From Escherichia coli (GTDB taxonomy: Bacteria; Pseudomonadota; Gammaproteobacteria; Enterobacterales; Enterobacteriaceae): a DNA stretch of 64,000 nucleotides. The position numbers and the translations under genes were made by a program. The stretch lies in the NCBI RefSeq assembly GCF_036507355.1, contig NZ_AP027877.1, one strand, 5' to 3'. This document shows, in pieces, positions 33,676-44,962 of this stretch. Under the pieces are notes generated by a model. That model saw only the letters and a list, made by a program, of their open reading frames with translations. It had not been told where the DNA came from and did no database searches. Position 1 is the first letter of the stretch; each line of letters begins with the position of its first letter.

Positions 33676-34926
33676 ATGGATATAATGAGAAGTGTTGTGG
33701 GGATGGTGGTGTTACTGGCAATAGCATTTCTGTTGTCGGTAAATAAAAAGAGCATCAGTTTGCGCACGGTTGGAGCCGCACTGCTGCTGCAAATCGCTAT
33801 TGGTGGCATCATGCTCTATTTTCCGCCGGGAAAATGGGCAGTAGAACAGGCGGCATTAGGCGTTCATAAAGTGATGTCTTACAGTGATGCCGGTAGCGCC
33901 TTCATTTTTGGTTCGCTGGTTGGGCCGAAAATGGATGTCCTCTTTGACGGTGCGGGTTTTATCTTCGCCTTTCGCGTACTTCCGGCGATTATCTTCGTCA
34001 CTGCGCTCATTAGTCTGCTGTACTACATTGGCGTGATGGGGCTGCTGATTCGCATCCTTGGCAGCATTTTCCAGAAAGCCCTCAACATCAGCAAAATCGA
34101 ATCTTTTGTCGCAGTCACCACTATTTTCCTCGGGCAAAATGAGATCCCGGCGATCGTTAAACCGTTTATCGATCGCATGAATCGAAACGAGTTGTTTACC
34201 GCAATTTGTAGCGGGATGGCGTCCATTGCTGGTTCGATGATGATTGGTTATGCCGGAATGGGCGTACCAATTGACTACCTGTTAGCGGCATCGCTGATGG
34301 CGATCCCCGGCGGTATTTTGTTTGCACGAATTCTTAGTCCAGCAACCGAGCTTTCGCAGGTCACGTTTGAAAATCTGTCGTTCAGCGAAACGCCGCCAAA
34401 AAGCTTTATCGAAGCAGCGGCGAGCGGTGCGATGACCGGGCTGAAAATCGCCGCCGGTGTGGCGACGGTGGTCATGGCGTTTGTCGCAATTATTGCGCTG
34501 ATTAATGGCATTATTGGCGGAATTGGCGGCTGGTTTGGTTTTGCCAATGCCTCTCTGGAAAGTATTTTTGGCTATGTGCTGGCACCGCTGGCGTGGATCA
34601 TGGGTGTGGACTGGAGTGATGCCAACCTTGCGGGTAGCCTGATTGGGCAGAAACTGGCGATTAACGAATTCGTCGCTTACCTGAGTTTCTCCCCATACCT
34701 GCAAACGGGCGGCACGCTGGAAGTGAAAACCATTGCGATTATCTCCTTTGCGCTTTGTGGTTTTGCTAACTTTGGTTCTATCGGTGTTGTCGTTGGGGCA
34801 TTTTCGGCTATTTCGCCAAAACGTGCTCCGGAAATCGCCCAGCTTGGTTTACGGGCGCTGGCAGCAGCAACGCTTTCCAACCTGATGAGCGCGACCATTG
34901 CCGGGTTCTTTATTGGTTTAGCTTGA
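33676..34926 (+). CDS. psuT: NupC-family nucleoside transporter PsuT/YeiM (416 aa)
   Basis: Concentrative nucleoside transporter fold; close paralog of the nupX product in this window. Confidence 0.9.
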   Translation: MDIMRSVVGMVVLLAIAFLLSVNKKSISLRTVGAALLLQIAIGGIMLYFPPGKWAVEQAALGVHKVMSYSDAGSAFIFGSLVGPKMDVLFDGAGFIFAFRVLPAIIFVTALISLLYYIGVMGLLIRILGSIFQKALNISKIESFVAVTTIFLGQNEIPAIVKPFIDRMNRNELFTAICSGMASIAGSMMIGYAGMGVPIDYLLAASLMAIPGGILFARILSPATELSQVTFENLSFSETPPKSFIEAAASGAMTGLKIAAGVATVVMAFVAIIALINGIIGGIGGWFGFANASLESIFGYVLAPLAWIMGVDWSDANLAGSLIGQKLAINEFVAYLSFSPYLQTGGTLEVKTIAIISFALCGFANFGSIGVVVGAFSAISPKRAPEIAQLGLRALAAATLSNLMSATIAGFFIGLA

Positions 34927-34993
34927 GTTTCATTGCCGGATGTACTCGCTTATTAAGCGTTGCATCCGGCAATCGCGCTATTGCAAATAATTT

Positions 34994-35653
34994 TTACTGC
35001 ATCATCCCGGAGAATTTATTCTCCGGGTCCATCTCCAGCGCCAGTCCTGACAACTGCTTTCTGTTTTTAATGAGATATCCTTTCTTGCTTTTAATTAATA
35101 AACCGTCGTGAATGAATTGCGCGAGAACATATAAAAGATGTCGATAAGAAACGCCTAAATACTCTGCCGCTTGCGTATGCTTTTCGTGATAAAGATCACC
35201 TTCTTGTGAGAGTAATATAAATGCTGCCAGGCGATTCACTAACGGAAATGATTGATTCTGAGTTAAAGAAACAATATTACGATAATTTTTATGACTTAAG
35301 GTGACGCAAAGTTTTCGTAAAAATAGGGTGTCGTTTAATAACAGCGGACGGTAATGTTTCATAGGGAGCGCAAGGCACCAACACTCTTCAATCGCCTGTA
35401 CTGCACGTGGTTCATGGTCTTTATCGATTAACTCAATCTCGCCAATAAAACAGGGGGCGGCAAAGAAATCGATCAGCGACACGCAACCATTAGCTAGCGT
35501 GGCGTAAAGCCTGGCGCGGCCTCGCGTCAGGTAAAACAGCCAGGACGGCTGTTGCCCTTCCTGCACAATGTAGTCACGCGCTAAAAAATGAAACAGCCGC
35601 GTATCGGCTGAAACATCCGTTAAAAAGCAATCCTTAAACGCGGATTCACTCAT
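34994..35653 (-). CDS. yeiL: Crp/Fnr-family transcriptional regulator YeiL (219 aa)
   Basis: cNMP-binding-like N-terminal domain and C-terminal HTH; start trimmed to MSESAFKD. Confidence 0.85.
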   Translation of the reverse strand: MSESAFKDCFLTDVSADTRLFHFLARDYIVQEGQQPSWLFYLTRGRARLYATLANGCVSLIDFFAAPCFIGEIELIDKDHEPRAVQAIEECWCLALPMKHYRPLLLNDTLFLRKLCVTLSHKNYRNIVSLTQNQSFPLVNRLAAFILLSQEGDLYHEKHTQAAEYLGVSYRHLLYVLAQFIHDGLLIKSKKGYLIKNRKQLSGLALEMDPENKFSGMMQ

Positions 35654-35821
35654 CAATTGCTGCTTAAGATCATTATTGTGGATTTCTTTCACGATGTTTA
35701 TCCGCTATGAGATTTCTCATATTTAGCATACGTACGCTGTTGTTAAGATTCAATCATCGGCCCGGTCGAATTTTCTTTGCTGTAGAAAAAATAACGCAAC
35801 TGGAAACAGAGGAAATAAACA

Positions 35822-36763
35822 ATGGAAAAGAGAAAAATTATTCTGGATTGTGATCCGGGTCATGATGATGCTATTGCAATGATGATGGCAGCGAAACATC
35901 CGGCAATAGATTTATTAGGCATCACTATTGTAGCGGGTAATCAGACGCTTGATAAAACATTAATTAATGGCCTGAATGTTTGCCAGAAACTGGAGATTAA
36001 TGTTCCGGTTTATGCGGGGATGCCGCAACCCATTATGCGTCAACAAATCGTTGCCGATAATATTCACGGTGAAACCGGACTGGATGGCCCGGTATTCGAG
36101 CCGCTGACCCGCCAGGCAGAAAGTACCCACGCGGTGAAATACATCATTGATACCCTGATGGCAAGCGATGGCGATATCACTCTGGTGCCGGTTGGTCCGT
36201 TGTCAAATATCGCGGTGGCAATGCGTATGCAATCCGCAATCCTGCCCAAAATCCGTGAAATTGTGCTAATGGGCGGCGCTTACGGTACAGGCAACTTCAC
36301 GCCATCTGCCGAGTTCAACATCTTTGCTGACCCGGAAGCCGCACGCGTGGTGTTCACCTCCGGCGTTCCATTAGTGATGATGGGCCTCGATCTTACCAAC
36401 CAGACCGTTTGCACCCCGGACGTAATTGTTCGGATGGAAAGGGCAGGCGGCCCTGCCGGAGAGCTATTCAGCGACATCATGAACTTCACTCTCAAAACGC
36501 AGTTCGAAAACTACGGCCTGGCTGGCGGCCCGGTGCACGACGCCACCTGCATCGGTTATCTGATTAACCCTGATGGCATTAAAACCCAGGAGATGTACGT
36601 CGAAGTGGACGTCAACAGTGGCCCTTGCTATGGGCGTACCGTCTGCGACGAGCTGGGCGTTCTTGGCAAGCCCGCTAATACCAAAGTCGGCATCACTATT
36701 GATACCGACTGGTTCTGGGGCTTAGTCGAAGAGTGCGTGCGCGGCTACATCAAAACCCATTAA
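35822..36763 (+). CDS. rihB: Pyrimidine-specific ribonucleoside hydrolase RihB/YeiK (313 aa)
   Basis: Nucleoside hydrolase N-terminal Asp cluster [11 protein letters not shown]. Confidence 0.92.
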   Translation: MEKRKIILDCDPGHDDAIAMMMAAKHPAIDLLGITIVAGNQTLDKTLINGLNVCQKLEINVPVYAGMPQPIMRQQIVADNIHGETGLDGPVFEPLTRQAESTHAVKYIIDTLMASDGDITLVPVGPLSNIAVAMRMQSAILPKIREIVLMGGAYGTGNFTPSAEFNIFADPEAARVVFTSGVPLVMMGLDLTNQTVCTPDVIVRMERAGGPAGELFSDIMNFTLKTQFENYGLAGGPVHDATCIGYLINPDGIKTQEMYVEVDVNSGPCYGRTVCDELGVLGKPANTKVGITIDTDWFWGLVEECVRGYIKTH

Positions 36764-36777
36764 GTGTTGATAACAAG

Positions 36778-36815
36778 CCGGGTCAGTATCGCAAAATGCA
36801 GGCCCGGCTATTTCT
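36778..36815 (+). terminator. Candidate rho-independent terminator downstream of rihB
   Basis: gccgggtcagtatcgcaaaatgcaggcccggc followed by tatttctg; long loop and weak U-tract. Confidence 0.45.
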
Positions 36816-36973
36816 GAGGGGCAGAAAGCCGTCGCCCAATATGACATGAAGAGATAATAACTATGGATGTCATGAGAAGTGTTCTGGGAATGGTGGTATT
36901 GCTGACGATTGCGTTTTTGGTGATGCTGCCAACTTACTGATTTAGTGTATGATGGTGTTTTTGAGGTGCTCCA

Positions 36974-37249
36974 GTGGCTTCTGTTTCTATCAGCTGTCCC
37001 TCCTGTTCAGCTACTGACGGGGTGGTGCGTAACGGCAAAAGCACCGCCGGACATCAGCGCTATCTCTGCTCTCACTGCCGTAAAACATGGCAACTGCAGT
37101 TCACTTACACCGCTTCTCAACCCGGTACGCACCAGAAAATCATTGATATGGCCATGAATGGCGTTGGATGCCGGGCAACAGCCCGCATTATGGGCGTTGG
37201 CCTCAACACGATTTTACGTCACTTAAAAAACTCAGGCCGCAGTCGGTAA
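36974..37249 (+). CDS. insA: IS1 transposition inhibitor InsA
   Basis: 91-aa ORF identical to the insA at 1926-2201. Confidence 0.9.
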
Positions 37250-37671
37250 CCTCGCGCATACAGCCGGGCAGTGACGTCATCGTCTGCGCGGAAATGGACG
37301 AACAGTGGGGCTATGTCGGGGCTAAATCGCGCCAGCGCTGGCTGTTTTACGCGTATGACAGGCTCCGGAAGACGGTTGTTGCGCACGTATTCGGTGAACG
37401 CACGATGGCGACGCTGGGGCGTCTTATGAGCCTGCTGTCACCCTTTGACGTGGTGATATGGATGACGGATGGCTGGCCGCTGTATGAATCCCGCCTGAAG
37501 GGAAAGCTGCACGTAATCAGCAAGCGATATACGCAGCGAATTGAGCGGCATAACCTGAATCTGAGGCAGCACCTGGCACGGCTGGGACGGAAGTCGCTGT
37601 CGTTCTCAAAATCGGTGGAGCTGCATGACAAAGTCATCGGGCATTATCTGAACATAAAACACTATCAATAA
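37168..37671 (+). CDS. insB: IS1 InsB reading frame (InsAB' transposase by frameshift)
   Basis: 167-aa ORF identical to the insB at 1504-2007. Confidence 0.9.
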
Positions 37672-38945
37672 GTTGGAGTCATTACCTGCGTTTTTACTGT
37701 CAGTAAACAAGAAGAAGATCAGCCTGCGTACCGTTGGCGCGGCGTTAGTGTTACAGGTTGTGATTGGCGGGATTATGCTTTGGTTACCGCCAGGGCGTTG
37801 GGTCGCTGAAAAAGTCGCTTTTGGCGTGCATAAAGTGATGGCGTACAGCGATGCAGGTAGCGCATTTATCTTCGGTTCGCTGGTCGGGCCGAAAATGGAC
37901 ACGCTGTTTGATGGCGCAGGATTTATCTTTGGTTTCAGGGTGTTACCGGCAATTATCTTCGTCACCGCGCTGGTGAGTATTCTCTATTACATCGGTGTGA
38001 TGGGGATCTTAATTCGCATTCTCGGCGGTATATTCCAGAAAGCATTAAATATCAGCAAGATCGAGTCATTCGTCGCGGTCACTACCATTTTCCTCGGGCA
38101 AAACGAAATTCCGGCGATCGTCAAACCCTTTATCGATCGTCTGAATCGCAATGAATTATTTACAGCGATTTGTAGTGGCATGGCCTCGATTGCTGGTTCG
38201 ACAATGATTGGTTACGCCGCACTGGGCGTGCCTGTGGAATATTTGCTGGCGGCATCGTTAATGGCGATCCCAGGCGGGATCTTGTTTGCCCGCCTGCTAA
38301 GCCCGGCTATGGAATCTTCGCAGGTTTCTTTTAATAACCTCTCTTTCACCGAAACACCGCCAAAAAGCATTATTGAAGCTGCCGCGACAGAGGCAATGAC
38401 CGGGCTGAAAATCGCCGCAGGTGTGGCGACAGTAGTGATGGCATTTGTCGCCATCATTGCGTTAATTAACGGTATTATCGGCGGCGTTGGCGGCTGGTTT
38501 GGTTTTGAACATGCCTCGCTGGAATCCATTTTAGGTTACCTGCTGGCCCCACTGGCGTGGGTGATGGGTGTTGACTGGAGTGATGCGAATCTTGCCGGGA
38601 GTTTGATTGGTCAGAAACTGGCAATAAATGAATTTGTCGCTTATCTCAATTTCTCACCCTATCTGCAAACGGCTGACAAGCTGGATGCTAAAACCGTGGC
38701 GATTATTTCCTTCGCGTTGTGCGGTTTCGCTAACTTTGGTTCTATCGGGGTGGTGGTGGGGGCGTTTTCTGCGGTTGCGCCACACCGTGCGCCGGAAATC
38801 GCCCAACTTGGTTTACGCGCGCTGGCGGCGGCGACACTTTCTAATCTGATGAGTGCCACCATTGCCGGGTTCTTTATTGGTTTAGCGTAGTGTGCGATTT
38901 ATGAGCCGGATAATATGCGGTCAAGCGTCGAATCCGGCAACATTG

Positions 38946-40034
38946 TTACACCATTGGCATTAATGAAAGCGCGTTATCGGCAGACAAGGTAGGGTTATTT
39001 AAGCTGCCGCTGGCGCGTGAAATTGCCGCGCAGGCCATCGCAAAACGGGCGCTGTCACGGAAATTGTTTCCTTCCAGAAAGCTATATACCAGGCCCGCCA
39101 TAAAACCATCGTCAGCACCAAAACTGTCTACTGTCGTATGCGCTGGTGCGGTCAGCAAAAATTGTTCTCCATCCTTTTCGCTGCAATAAACTGACTCATC
39201 GGGCAAATAAACAAACAGTTGCTGAACACCTTGCTGATGCAACGCATTCACTGCAGCATTACGGTCAGCATCGCTGGTGATCGCCTGTCCCCATAAAATT
39301 TCCAGCTCCGGTAAAGTGGGTTTCAGGGTGTGAATATGCGCCAGCCAGTGTTTGATTTTGCCCGCTTTGAATTCTGAAACGGTATCGACAAACACCGGGA
39401 TCTCATCAGCGAGGGTAAAGACCCATTCCAGCGCCTCGGCTGTCAGGTTGCAATCAGCCAGTACCACGCCCGCATGACGAAGTAAATCGCGCGACCCGTT
39501 CAGTAGTTGCGGTGTCAACTGTTCCAGCAGATGGGTATCGTTAATCGCCAGCACGGTTTGATCGTCTCGATTGGCAATTGCCAGATACGTCGATGTGCTT
39601 TGACCATGCAAACGAACGCAGCCGGAGACATTCACGCCGGCACGGCGCGTTTCTTCCAGGAGCATTTCGCCATAAAAGTCATCGCCAATCACTGAAAGCA
39701 AATGGACGTCGCGGCCTAACAGCGCCAGATTGTGGGCGATATTGCGTCCAACGCCGCCTGCCGAGCAATGAATTGTACCGGGATGAGAAGCCGATTGCGG
39801 GTAACGGATATCCGCCATCCCGCGAATATCCATATTGATTGTCCCCACCACTACGCAGTATTCCTGCTCGGTGAGAATGTAACCTTTGCCTTTAATCCGG
39901 CCTTTGCGCATTAAATCCATAATATGCGCCGCAACGCGCGAACGGCTGATTTGCAGCATGTCCGCAATTTCGTTCTGCTGAATCAGCGGGTTACGCCGTA
40001 AAATTGCAAGGATCTCCTTTTCCCGGTTATTCAT
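38946..40034 (-). CDS. yeiI: HTH-domain / pfkB-family sugar kinase fusion protein YeiI (362 aa)
   Basis: N-terminal about 55 aa resemble a winged-helix DNA-binding domain (EILAILRRNPLIQQNEIADMLQISRSRVAAHIMDL); the remainder is a PsuK-like kinase (GGVGRNIAHNLALLG). Confidence 0.85.
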   Translation of the reverse strand: MNNREKEILAILRRNPLIQQNEIADMLQISRSRVAAHIMDLMRKGRIKGKGYILTEQEYCVVVGTINMDIRGMADIRYPQSASHPGTIHCSAGGVGRNIAHNLALLGRDVHLLSVIGDDFYGEMLLEETRRAGVNVSGCVRLHGQSTSTYLAIANRDDQTVLAINDTHLLEQLTPQLLNGSRDLLRHAGVVLADCNLTAEALEWVFTLADEIPVFVDTVSEFKAGKIKHWLAHIHTLKPTLPELEILWGQAITSDADRNAAVNALHQQGVQQLFVYLPDESVYCSEKDGEQFLLTAPAHTTVDSFGADDGFMAGLVYSFLEGNNFRDSARFAMACAAISRASGSLNNPTLSADNALSLMPMV

Positions 40035-40036
40035 CT

Positions 40037-40894
40037 TCAGGCTACCGCTTTTTCAGTTTGTTGCGCTTTCAGCCAGGCGATCTCTTCTGCCCAGATATCC
40101 GGGTTGATGGTTTCGAGGATCAGCGGAATGCCGTCGAAACGGTCGTCCTGCATGATCCAGCGGAACGCATCATGACCGATATTGCCTTCACCGAGGCTAT
40201 GATGGCGGTCAACGCGGCTGCCAAAGGTGCTTTTCGCATCGTTAAGGTGCATCCCGCGCAGATACTTAAAGCCGACAATACGGGCAAAATCAGCGAACGT
40301 TTTCTCGCATTCGGCTGGAGTACGCAAATCATACCCGGCAGCGAAAGCATGGCAGGTATCAATGCAGACGCCGACACGGGATTTATCTTCCACGCCGTCG
40401 ATAATCGCCGCGAGATGTTCGAATTTAAACCCTAAGTTACTGCCCTGACCGGCGGTGTTTTCAATCACCGCGGTCACACCTTGAGTTTTATCCAGCGCAA
40501 TGTTGATGGATTCGGCAATACGCGCAAGGCAATCCTCTTCTGAAATCTGCATCAGATGGCTGCCAGGGTGGAAGTTGAGCAAAGAAAGCCCCAGCTGTTC
40601 GCAACGCTGCATTTCATCTATAAAGGCATCGCGCGATTTTTCCAGAGCTTCAGTGACCGGATGTCCGAGGTTAATCAGATAGCTGTCGTGGGGAAGAATT
40701 TGCGCCGATGTGTAGTGATATTTTTCACAGGCGGCTTTGAATTCATCGATGGTTTGCGTCGTGAGCGGTGCGGCACGCCACTGACGTTGGTTTTTGGTGA
40801 ACAAGGCAAACGCGGTTGCGTCGATTTCGGCGGCGCGAATTGCGGCATTTGCCAGACCGCCAGCAGCACTAACGTGCGCTCCAATGTATTTCAT
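40037..40894 (-). CDS. nfo: Endonuclease IV (285 aa)
   Basis: [39 protein letters not shown]... AP-endonuclease family 2. Confidence 0.93.
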   Translation of the reverse strand: MKYIGAHVSAAGGLANAAIRAAEIDATAFALFTKNQRQWRAAPLTTQTIDEFKAACEKYHYTSAQILPHDSYLINLGHPVTEALEKSRDAFIDEMQRCEQLGLSLLNFHPGSHLMQISEEDCLARIAESINIALDKTQGVTAVIENTAGQGSNLGFKFEHLAAIIDGVEDKSRVGVCIDTCHAFAAGYDLRTPAECEKTFADFARIVGFKYLRGMHLNDAKSTFGSRVDRHHSLGEGNIGHDAFRWIMQDDRFDGIPLILETINPDIWAEEIAWLKAQQTEKAVA

Positions 40895-40967
40895 GCGAGG
40901 ACTCCTGTTAAACCCGCTGGAGGAAAACGGTAATGATAGCGGGTTAACAGGAGCAAGATGTAGTGGT

Positions 40968-42017
40968 TTATGCGATGACGCTTTGAATCACATAGTTAAT
41001 CGCACCACCACCAACAATCAGCCAGGCAAACAGTACCAGTGCCATCAGCAGAGGTTTCGCCCCGGCTTTTTTCAGCGCGCTGACGTGAGTGGTCAGACCC
41101 AGCGCCGCCATCGCCATTGCCAGCAGGAAGGTATCCAGCGTTACCAGCATGTTCACCACGCTCTGCGGTAACAGGTGGAACGAGTTAAAGATGGCAACTA
41201 CGATGAACAAGATGGCAAACCACGGAATAGTGATTTTGCTTTTCTCGCCGCTGTTCGCCCCAGACAGCTGTTTAACACGCGCCGCCAGCAGGATGAGGAA
41301 CGGAGCCAGCATCATCACGCGCAGCATTTTGGAAATAACTGCTGCGTTTTCCGCATCCGGGCTGATGGCATGACCTGCCGCCACCACCTGCGCCACTTCG
41401 TGCACAGTAGAACCAATGTAGATACCGAAAGTTTCCGGACTAAACCATTGAGACATCAGCGGATATATCGCCGGGTAGAGGAAAATCGCGACGGTCCCGA
41501 AGATAACAACGGTTGCAACAGCCACGGTTACTTTACTGGCTTCCGCTTTCACTACCGGCTCAGTCGCCAGTACCGCGGCAGCACCACAAATACTGCTACC
41601 GGCACCGATCAACCAGCTGGTGTGCTTATCCAGACCAAACACTTTCTGCCCCAGGAAGCAAGCCAGCAGGAAGGTACTGGACAGCGTCAGCACGTCAATG
41701 ATGATCCCACTGATACCGACATCGGCAATTTGCGAGAACGTCAGACGGAAGCCATAAAGAATGATACCCAGACGTAATAAATATTGCTTGGCAAACAGCA
41801 CACCACCGTCACAGCTTTTCCAGATGTGCGGATAGATGGTGTTGCCTAAAACCATCCCCAACAAGATTGCGAGGGTGAGGGCACTAAACCCGGCACCCGC
41901 AACCGCGGGAATGGAACCACCCCACAGGGCGACCCCGGTGATAACTGCACTCAGGGCTAACCCCGGAATAAAATGCCACAGTGTACGATGTTGTTTCTGT
42001 AAGGTGATATTCGTCAT
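40968..42017 (-). CDS. yeiH: UPF0324 inner membrane protein YeiH (349 aa)
   Basis: Polytopic membrane ORF divergent from yeiE. Confidence 0.85.
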   Translation of the reverse strand: MTNITLQKQHRTLWHFIPGLALSAVITGVALWGGSIPAVAGAGFSALTLAILLGMVLGNTIYPHIWKSCDGGVLFAKQYLLRLGIILYGFRLTFSQIADVGISGIIIDVLTLSSTFLLACFLGQKVFGLDKHTSWLIGAGSSICGAAAVLATEPVVKAEASKVTVAVATVVIFGTVAIFLYPAIYPLMSQWFSPETFGIYIGSTVHEVAQVVAAGHAISPDAENAAVISKMLRVMMLAPFLILLAARVKQLSGANSGEKSKITIPWFAILFIVVAIFNSFHLLPQSVVNMLVTLDTFLLAMAMAALGLTTHVSALKKAGAKPLLMALVLFAWLIVGGGAINYVIQSVIA

Positions 42018-42115
42018 AACCCTCTCCTTTAACCGGGCATAAGGTTACGACTAACTGGTTTAAAAATAAAATTGATTATATATTTATAATTAATCTTTAT
42101 AAGTGGTAAGCGACT

Positions 42116-42997
42116 ATGCACATCACCCTCCGGCAGTTGGAAGTTTTTGCAGAAGTATTGAAAAGTGGATCAACCACCCAGGCGTCGGTGATGCTGGCGT
42201 TGTCGCAATCAGCAGTGAGCGCAGCCTTGACCGACCTGGAAGGGCAACTTGGCGTGCAACTGTTTGATCGCGTGGGGAAAAGACTGGTTGTTAATGAACA
42301 CGGGCGGCTGCTCTATCCGCGTGCGTTGGCATTGCTTGAACAGGCGGTTGAAATCGAACAACTGTTTCGCGAAGACAACGGCGCGATTCGTATCTATGCC
42401 AGTAGTACCATCGGTAACTACATTCTGCCTGCAGTTATCGCCCGTTATCGCCATGATTATCCGCAGTTGCCGATTGAACTTAGCGTTGGGAACAGCCAGG
42501 ACGTGATGCAAGCGGTGCTGGATTTCCGCGTTGATATTGGCTTTATTGAAGGACCGTGCCACAGCACTGAAATCATTTCTGAACCGTGGCTGGAAGACGA
42601 GCTGGTGGTTTTCGCCGCGCCGACTTCGCCGTTGGCCCGTGGTCCGGTCACCTTAGAACAGCTGGCCGCTGCGCCGTGGATCCTGCGTGAACGCGGCTCC
42701 GGCACGCGGGAGATTGTCGATTATCTGTTGCTGTCACATTTACCGAAGTTTGAGATGGCGATGGAATTAGGTAACTCCGAGGCAATCAAACATGCGGTGC
42801 GTCATGGGTTGGGAATTAGTTGCCTGTCGCGACGGGTGATTGAAGACCAATTGCAGGCAGGCACATTAAGTGAAGTTGCGGTCCCTCTGCCGCGCCTGAT
42901 GCGTACGTTGTGGCGTATACATCATCGGCAAAAACACCTTTCCAACGCGCTACGGCGCTTTCTGGACTATTGCGATCCCGCGAATGTACCGTGTTAA
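42116..42997 (+). CDS. yeiE: LysR-type transcriptional regulator YeiE (293 aa)
   Basis: N-terminal LysR HTH ([38 protein letters not shown]) and C-terminal substrate-binding domain. Confidence 0.88.
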
Positions 42998-43201
42998 GTT
43001 GCTGTACAAGAACATGCTGGTGCTGTGTCGATTTCGTGACGCAGCGCCCTCAGCATGCATTCGCCAGAAAAGAGATTGGCTGCTTTACTTATAATCCCTG
43101 GGCGATCATGAAGGTGTCTTATAACCGTGTATTTCTGCCGGAAGGATTGCCAATCGTCTGCTACAATCGCGCCTCATTTTTTAGATGGATAGCATTTTTG
43201 T

Positions 43202-44671
43202 ATGGTTTCCGAAACTAAAACCACAGAAGCGCCGGGCTTACGCCGTGAATTAAAGGCGCGTCACCTGACGATGATTGCCATTGGCGGTTCCATCGGTACA
43301 GGTCTTTTTGTTGCCTCTGGCGCAACGATTTCTCAGGCAGGTCCGGGCGGGGCATTGCTCTCGTATATGCTGATTGGCCTGATGGTTTACTTCCTGATGA
43401 CCAGTCTCGGTGAACTGGCTGCATATATGCCGGTTTCCGGTTCGTTTGCCACTTACGGTCAGAACTATGTTGAAGAGGGCTTTGGCTTCGCGCTGGGCTG
43501 GAACTACTGGTACAACTGGGCGGTGACTATTGCCGTTGACCTGGTTGCAGCTCAGCTGGTCATGAGCTGGTGGTTCCCGGATACACCGGGCTGGATCTGG
43601 AGTGCGTTGTTCCTCGGCGTTATCTTCCTGCTGAACTACATCTCTGTTCGCGGCTTTGGTGAAGCGGAATACTGGTTCTCACTGATCAAAGTCACGACAG
43701 TTATTGTCTTTATCATCGTTGGCGTGCTGATGATTATCGGTATCTTCAAAGGCGCGCAGCCTGCGGGCTGGAGCAACTGGACAATCGGCGAAGCGCCGTT
43801 TGCTGGTGGTTTTGCGGCGATGATCGGCGTAGCTATGATTGTCGGCTTCTCTTTCCAGGGAACCGAGCTGATCGGTATTGCTGCAGGCGAGTCCGAAGAT
43901 CCGGCGAAAAACATTCCACGCGCGGTACGTCAGGTGTTCTGGCGAATCCTGTTGTTCTATGTGTTCGCGATCCTGATTATCAGCCTGATTATTCCGTACA
44001 CCGATCCGAGCCTGCTGCGTAACGATGTTAAAGACATCAGCGTTAGTCCGTTCACCCTGGTGTTCCAGCACGCGGGTCTGCTCTCTGCGGCGGCGGTGAT
44101 GAACGCAGTTATTCTGACGGCGGTGCTGTCAGCGGGTAACTCCGGTATGTATGCGTCTACTCGTATGCTGTATACCCTGGCGTGTGACGGTAAAGCGCCG
44201 CGCATTTTCGCTAAACTGTCGCGTGGTGGCGTGCCGCGTAATGCGCTGTATGCGACGACGGTGATTGCCGGTCTGTGCTTCCTGACCTCCATGTTTGGCA
44301 ACCAGACGGTATACCTGTGGCTGCTGAACACCTCCGGGATGACCGGTTTTATCGCCTGGCTGGGGATTGCCATTAGCCACTATCGCTTCCGTCGCGGTTA
44401 CGTATTGCAGGGACACGACATTAACGATCTGCCGTACCGTTCAGGTTTCTTCCCACTGGGTCCGATCTTCGCATTCATTCTGTGTCTGATTATCACTTTG
44501 GGCCAGAACTACGAAGCATTCCTGAAAGATACCATTGACTGGGGCGGCGTAGCGGCAACGTATATTGGTATCCCGCTGTTCCTGATTATTTGGTTCGGCT
44601 ACAAGCTGATTAAAGGAACCCACTTCGTACGCTACAGCGAAATGAAGTTCCCGCAGAACGATAAGAAATAA
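43202..44671 (+). CDS. lysP: Lysine-specific permease LysP, APC family (489 aa)
   Basis: MVSETKTTEAPGLRRELKARHLTMIAIGGSIGTGLF... amino acid permease signature. Confidence 0.93.
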   Translation: MVSETKTTEAPGLRRELKARHLTMIAIGGSIGTGLFVASGATISQAGPGGALLSYMLIGLMVYFLMTSLGELAAYMPVSGSFATYGQNYVEEGFGFALGWNYWYNWAVTIAVDLVAAQLVMSWWFPDTPGWIWSALFLGVIFLLNYISVRGFGEAEYWFSLIKVTTVIVFIIVGVLMIIGIFKGAQPAGWSNWTIGEAPFAGGFAAMIGVAMIVGFSFQGTELIGIAAGESEDPAKNIPRAVRQVFWRILLFYVFAILIISLIIPYTDPSLLRNDVKDISVSPFTLVFQHAGLLSAAAVMNAVILTAVLSAGNSGMYASTRMLYTLACDGKAPRIFAKLSRGGVPRNALYATTVIAGLCFLTSMFGNQTVYLWLLNTSGMTGFIAWLGIAISHYRFRRGYVLQGHDINDLPYRSGFFPLGPIFAFILCLIITLGQNYEAFLKDTIDWGGVAATYIGIPLFLIIWFGYKLIKGTHFVRYSEMKFPQNDKK

Positions 44672-44685
44672 GTTTCTCCCTTCCT

Positions 44686-44716
44686 TGCTAAGCCCTCTCA
44701 ACCGAGAGGGCTTATT
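44686..44716 (+). terminator. Rho-independent terminator downstream of lysP
   Basis: aagccctctcaaccgagagggcttatt: GC stem with a short U-tract. Confidence 0.65.
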
Positions 44717-44768
44717 CAATTCCATTTCCCTGACAAATCATGTGGATATAAAATTTAACATTTGGATT

Positions 44769-44797
44769 GATAATTGTTATCGTTTGCATTATCGTTA
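44769..44797. promoter_or_regulatory. Fur box in the cirA promoter
   Basis: gataattgttatcgtttgcattatcgtta closely matches the Fur consensus GATAATGATAATCATTATC. Confidence 0.75.
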
Positions 44798-44962
44798 CGC
44801 CGCAATCAAAAAAGGCTGACAAATCAGAGGCTGGTCCGGTTTTCTGGGATGATCACCTGCATACAAATAAGTCCACCGCGATGCTGCCGTACGCAAGGGG
44901 ACGTGAAGAAGATGTGAGCGATAACCCATTTTATTTTCGTAGTTACCTCATGGAGATATGGA

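Larger units (their letters stand above)
36919..37686 (+). mobile_element. IS1 insertion sequence, 768 bp, complete, flanked by 9-bp direct repeat TGCGTTTTT
   Basis: Starts GGTGATGCTGCCAACTTACTGAT and ends ...CACTATCAATAAGTTGGAGTCATTACC; duplication at 36910-36918 and 37687-37695; encoded proteins identical to the copy at 1489-2256. Confidence 0.95.
36863..38890 (+). pseudogene. nupX: NupC-family nucleoside permease nupX/yeiJ, interrupted by IS1 after codon 19 (5' part 36863-36918, 3' part 37687-38890)
   Basis: MDVMRSVLGMVVLLTIAFL precedes the IS1 and the frame continues LSVNKKKISLRTVGAAL... after it; near-identical over its length to psuT. Confidence 0.85.
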
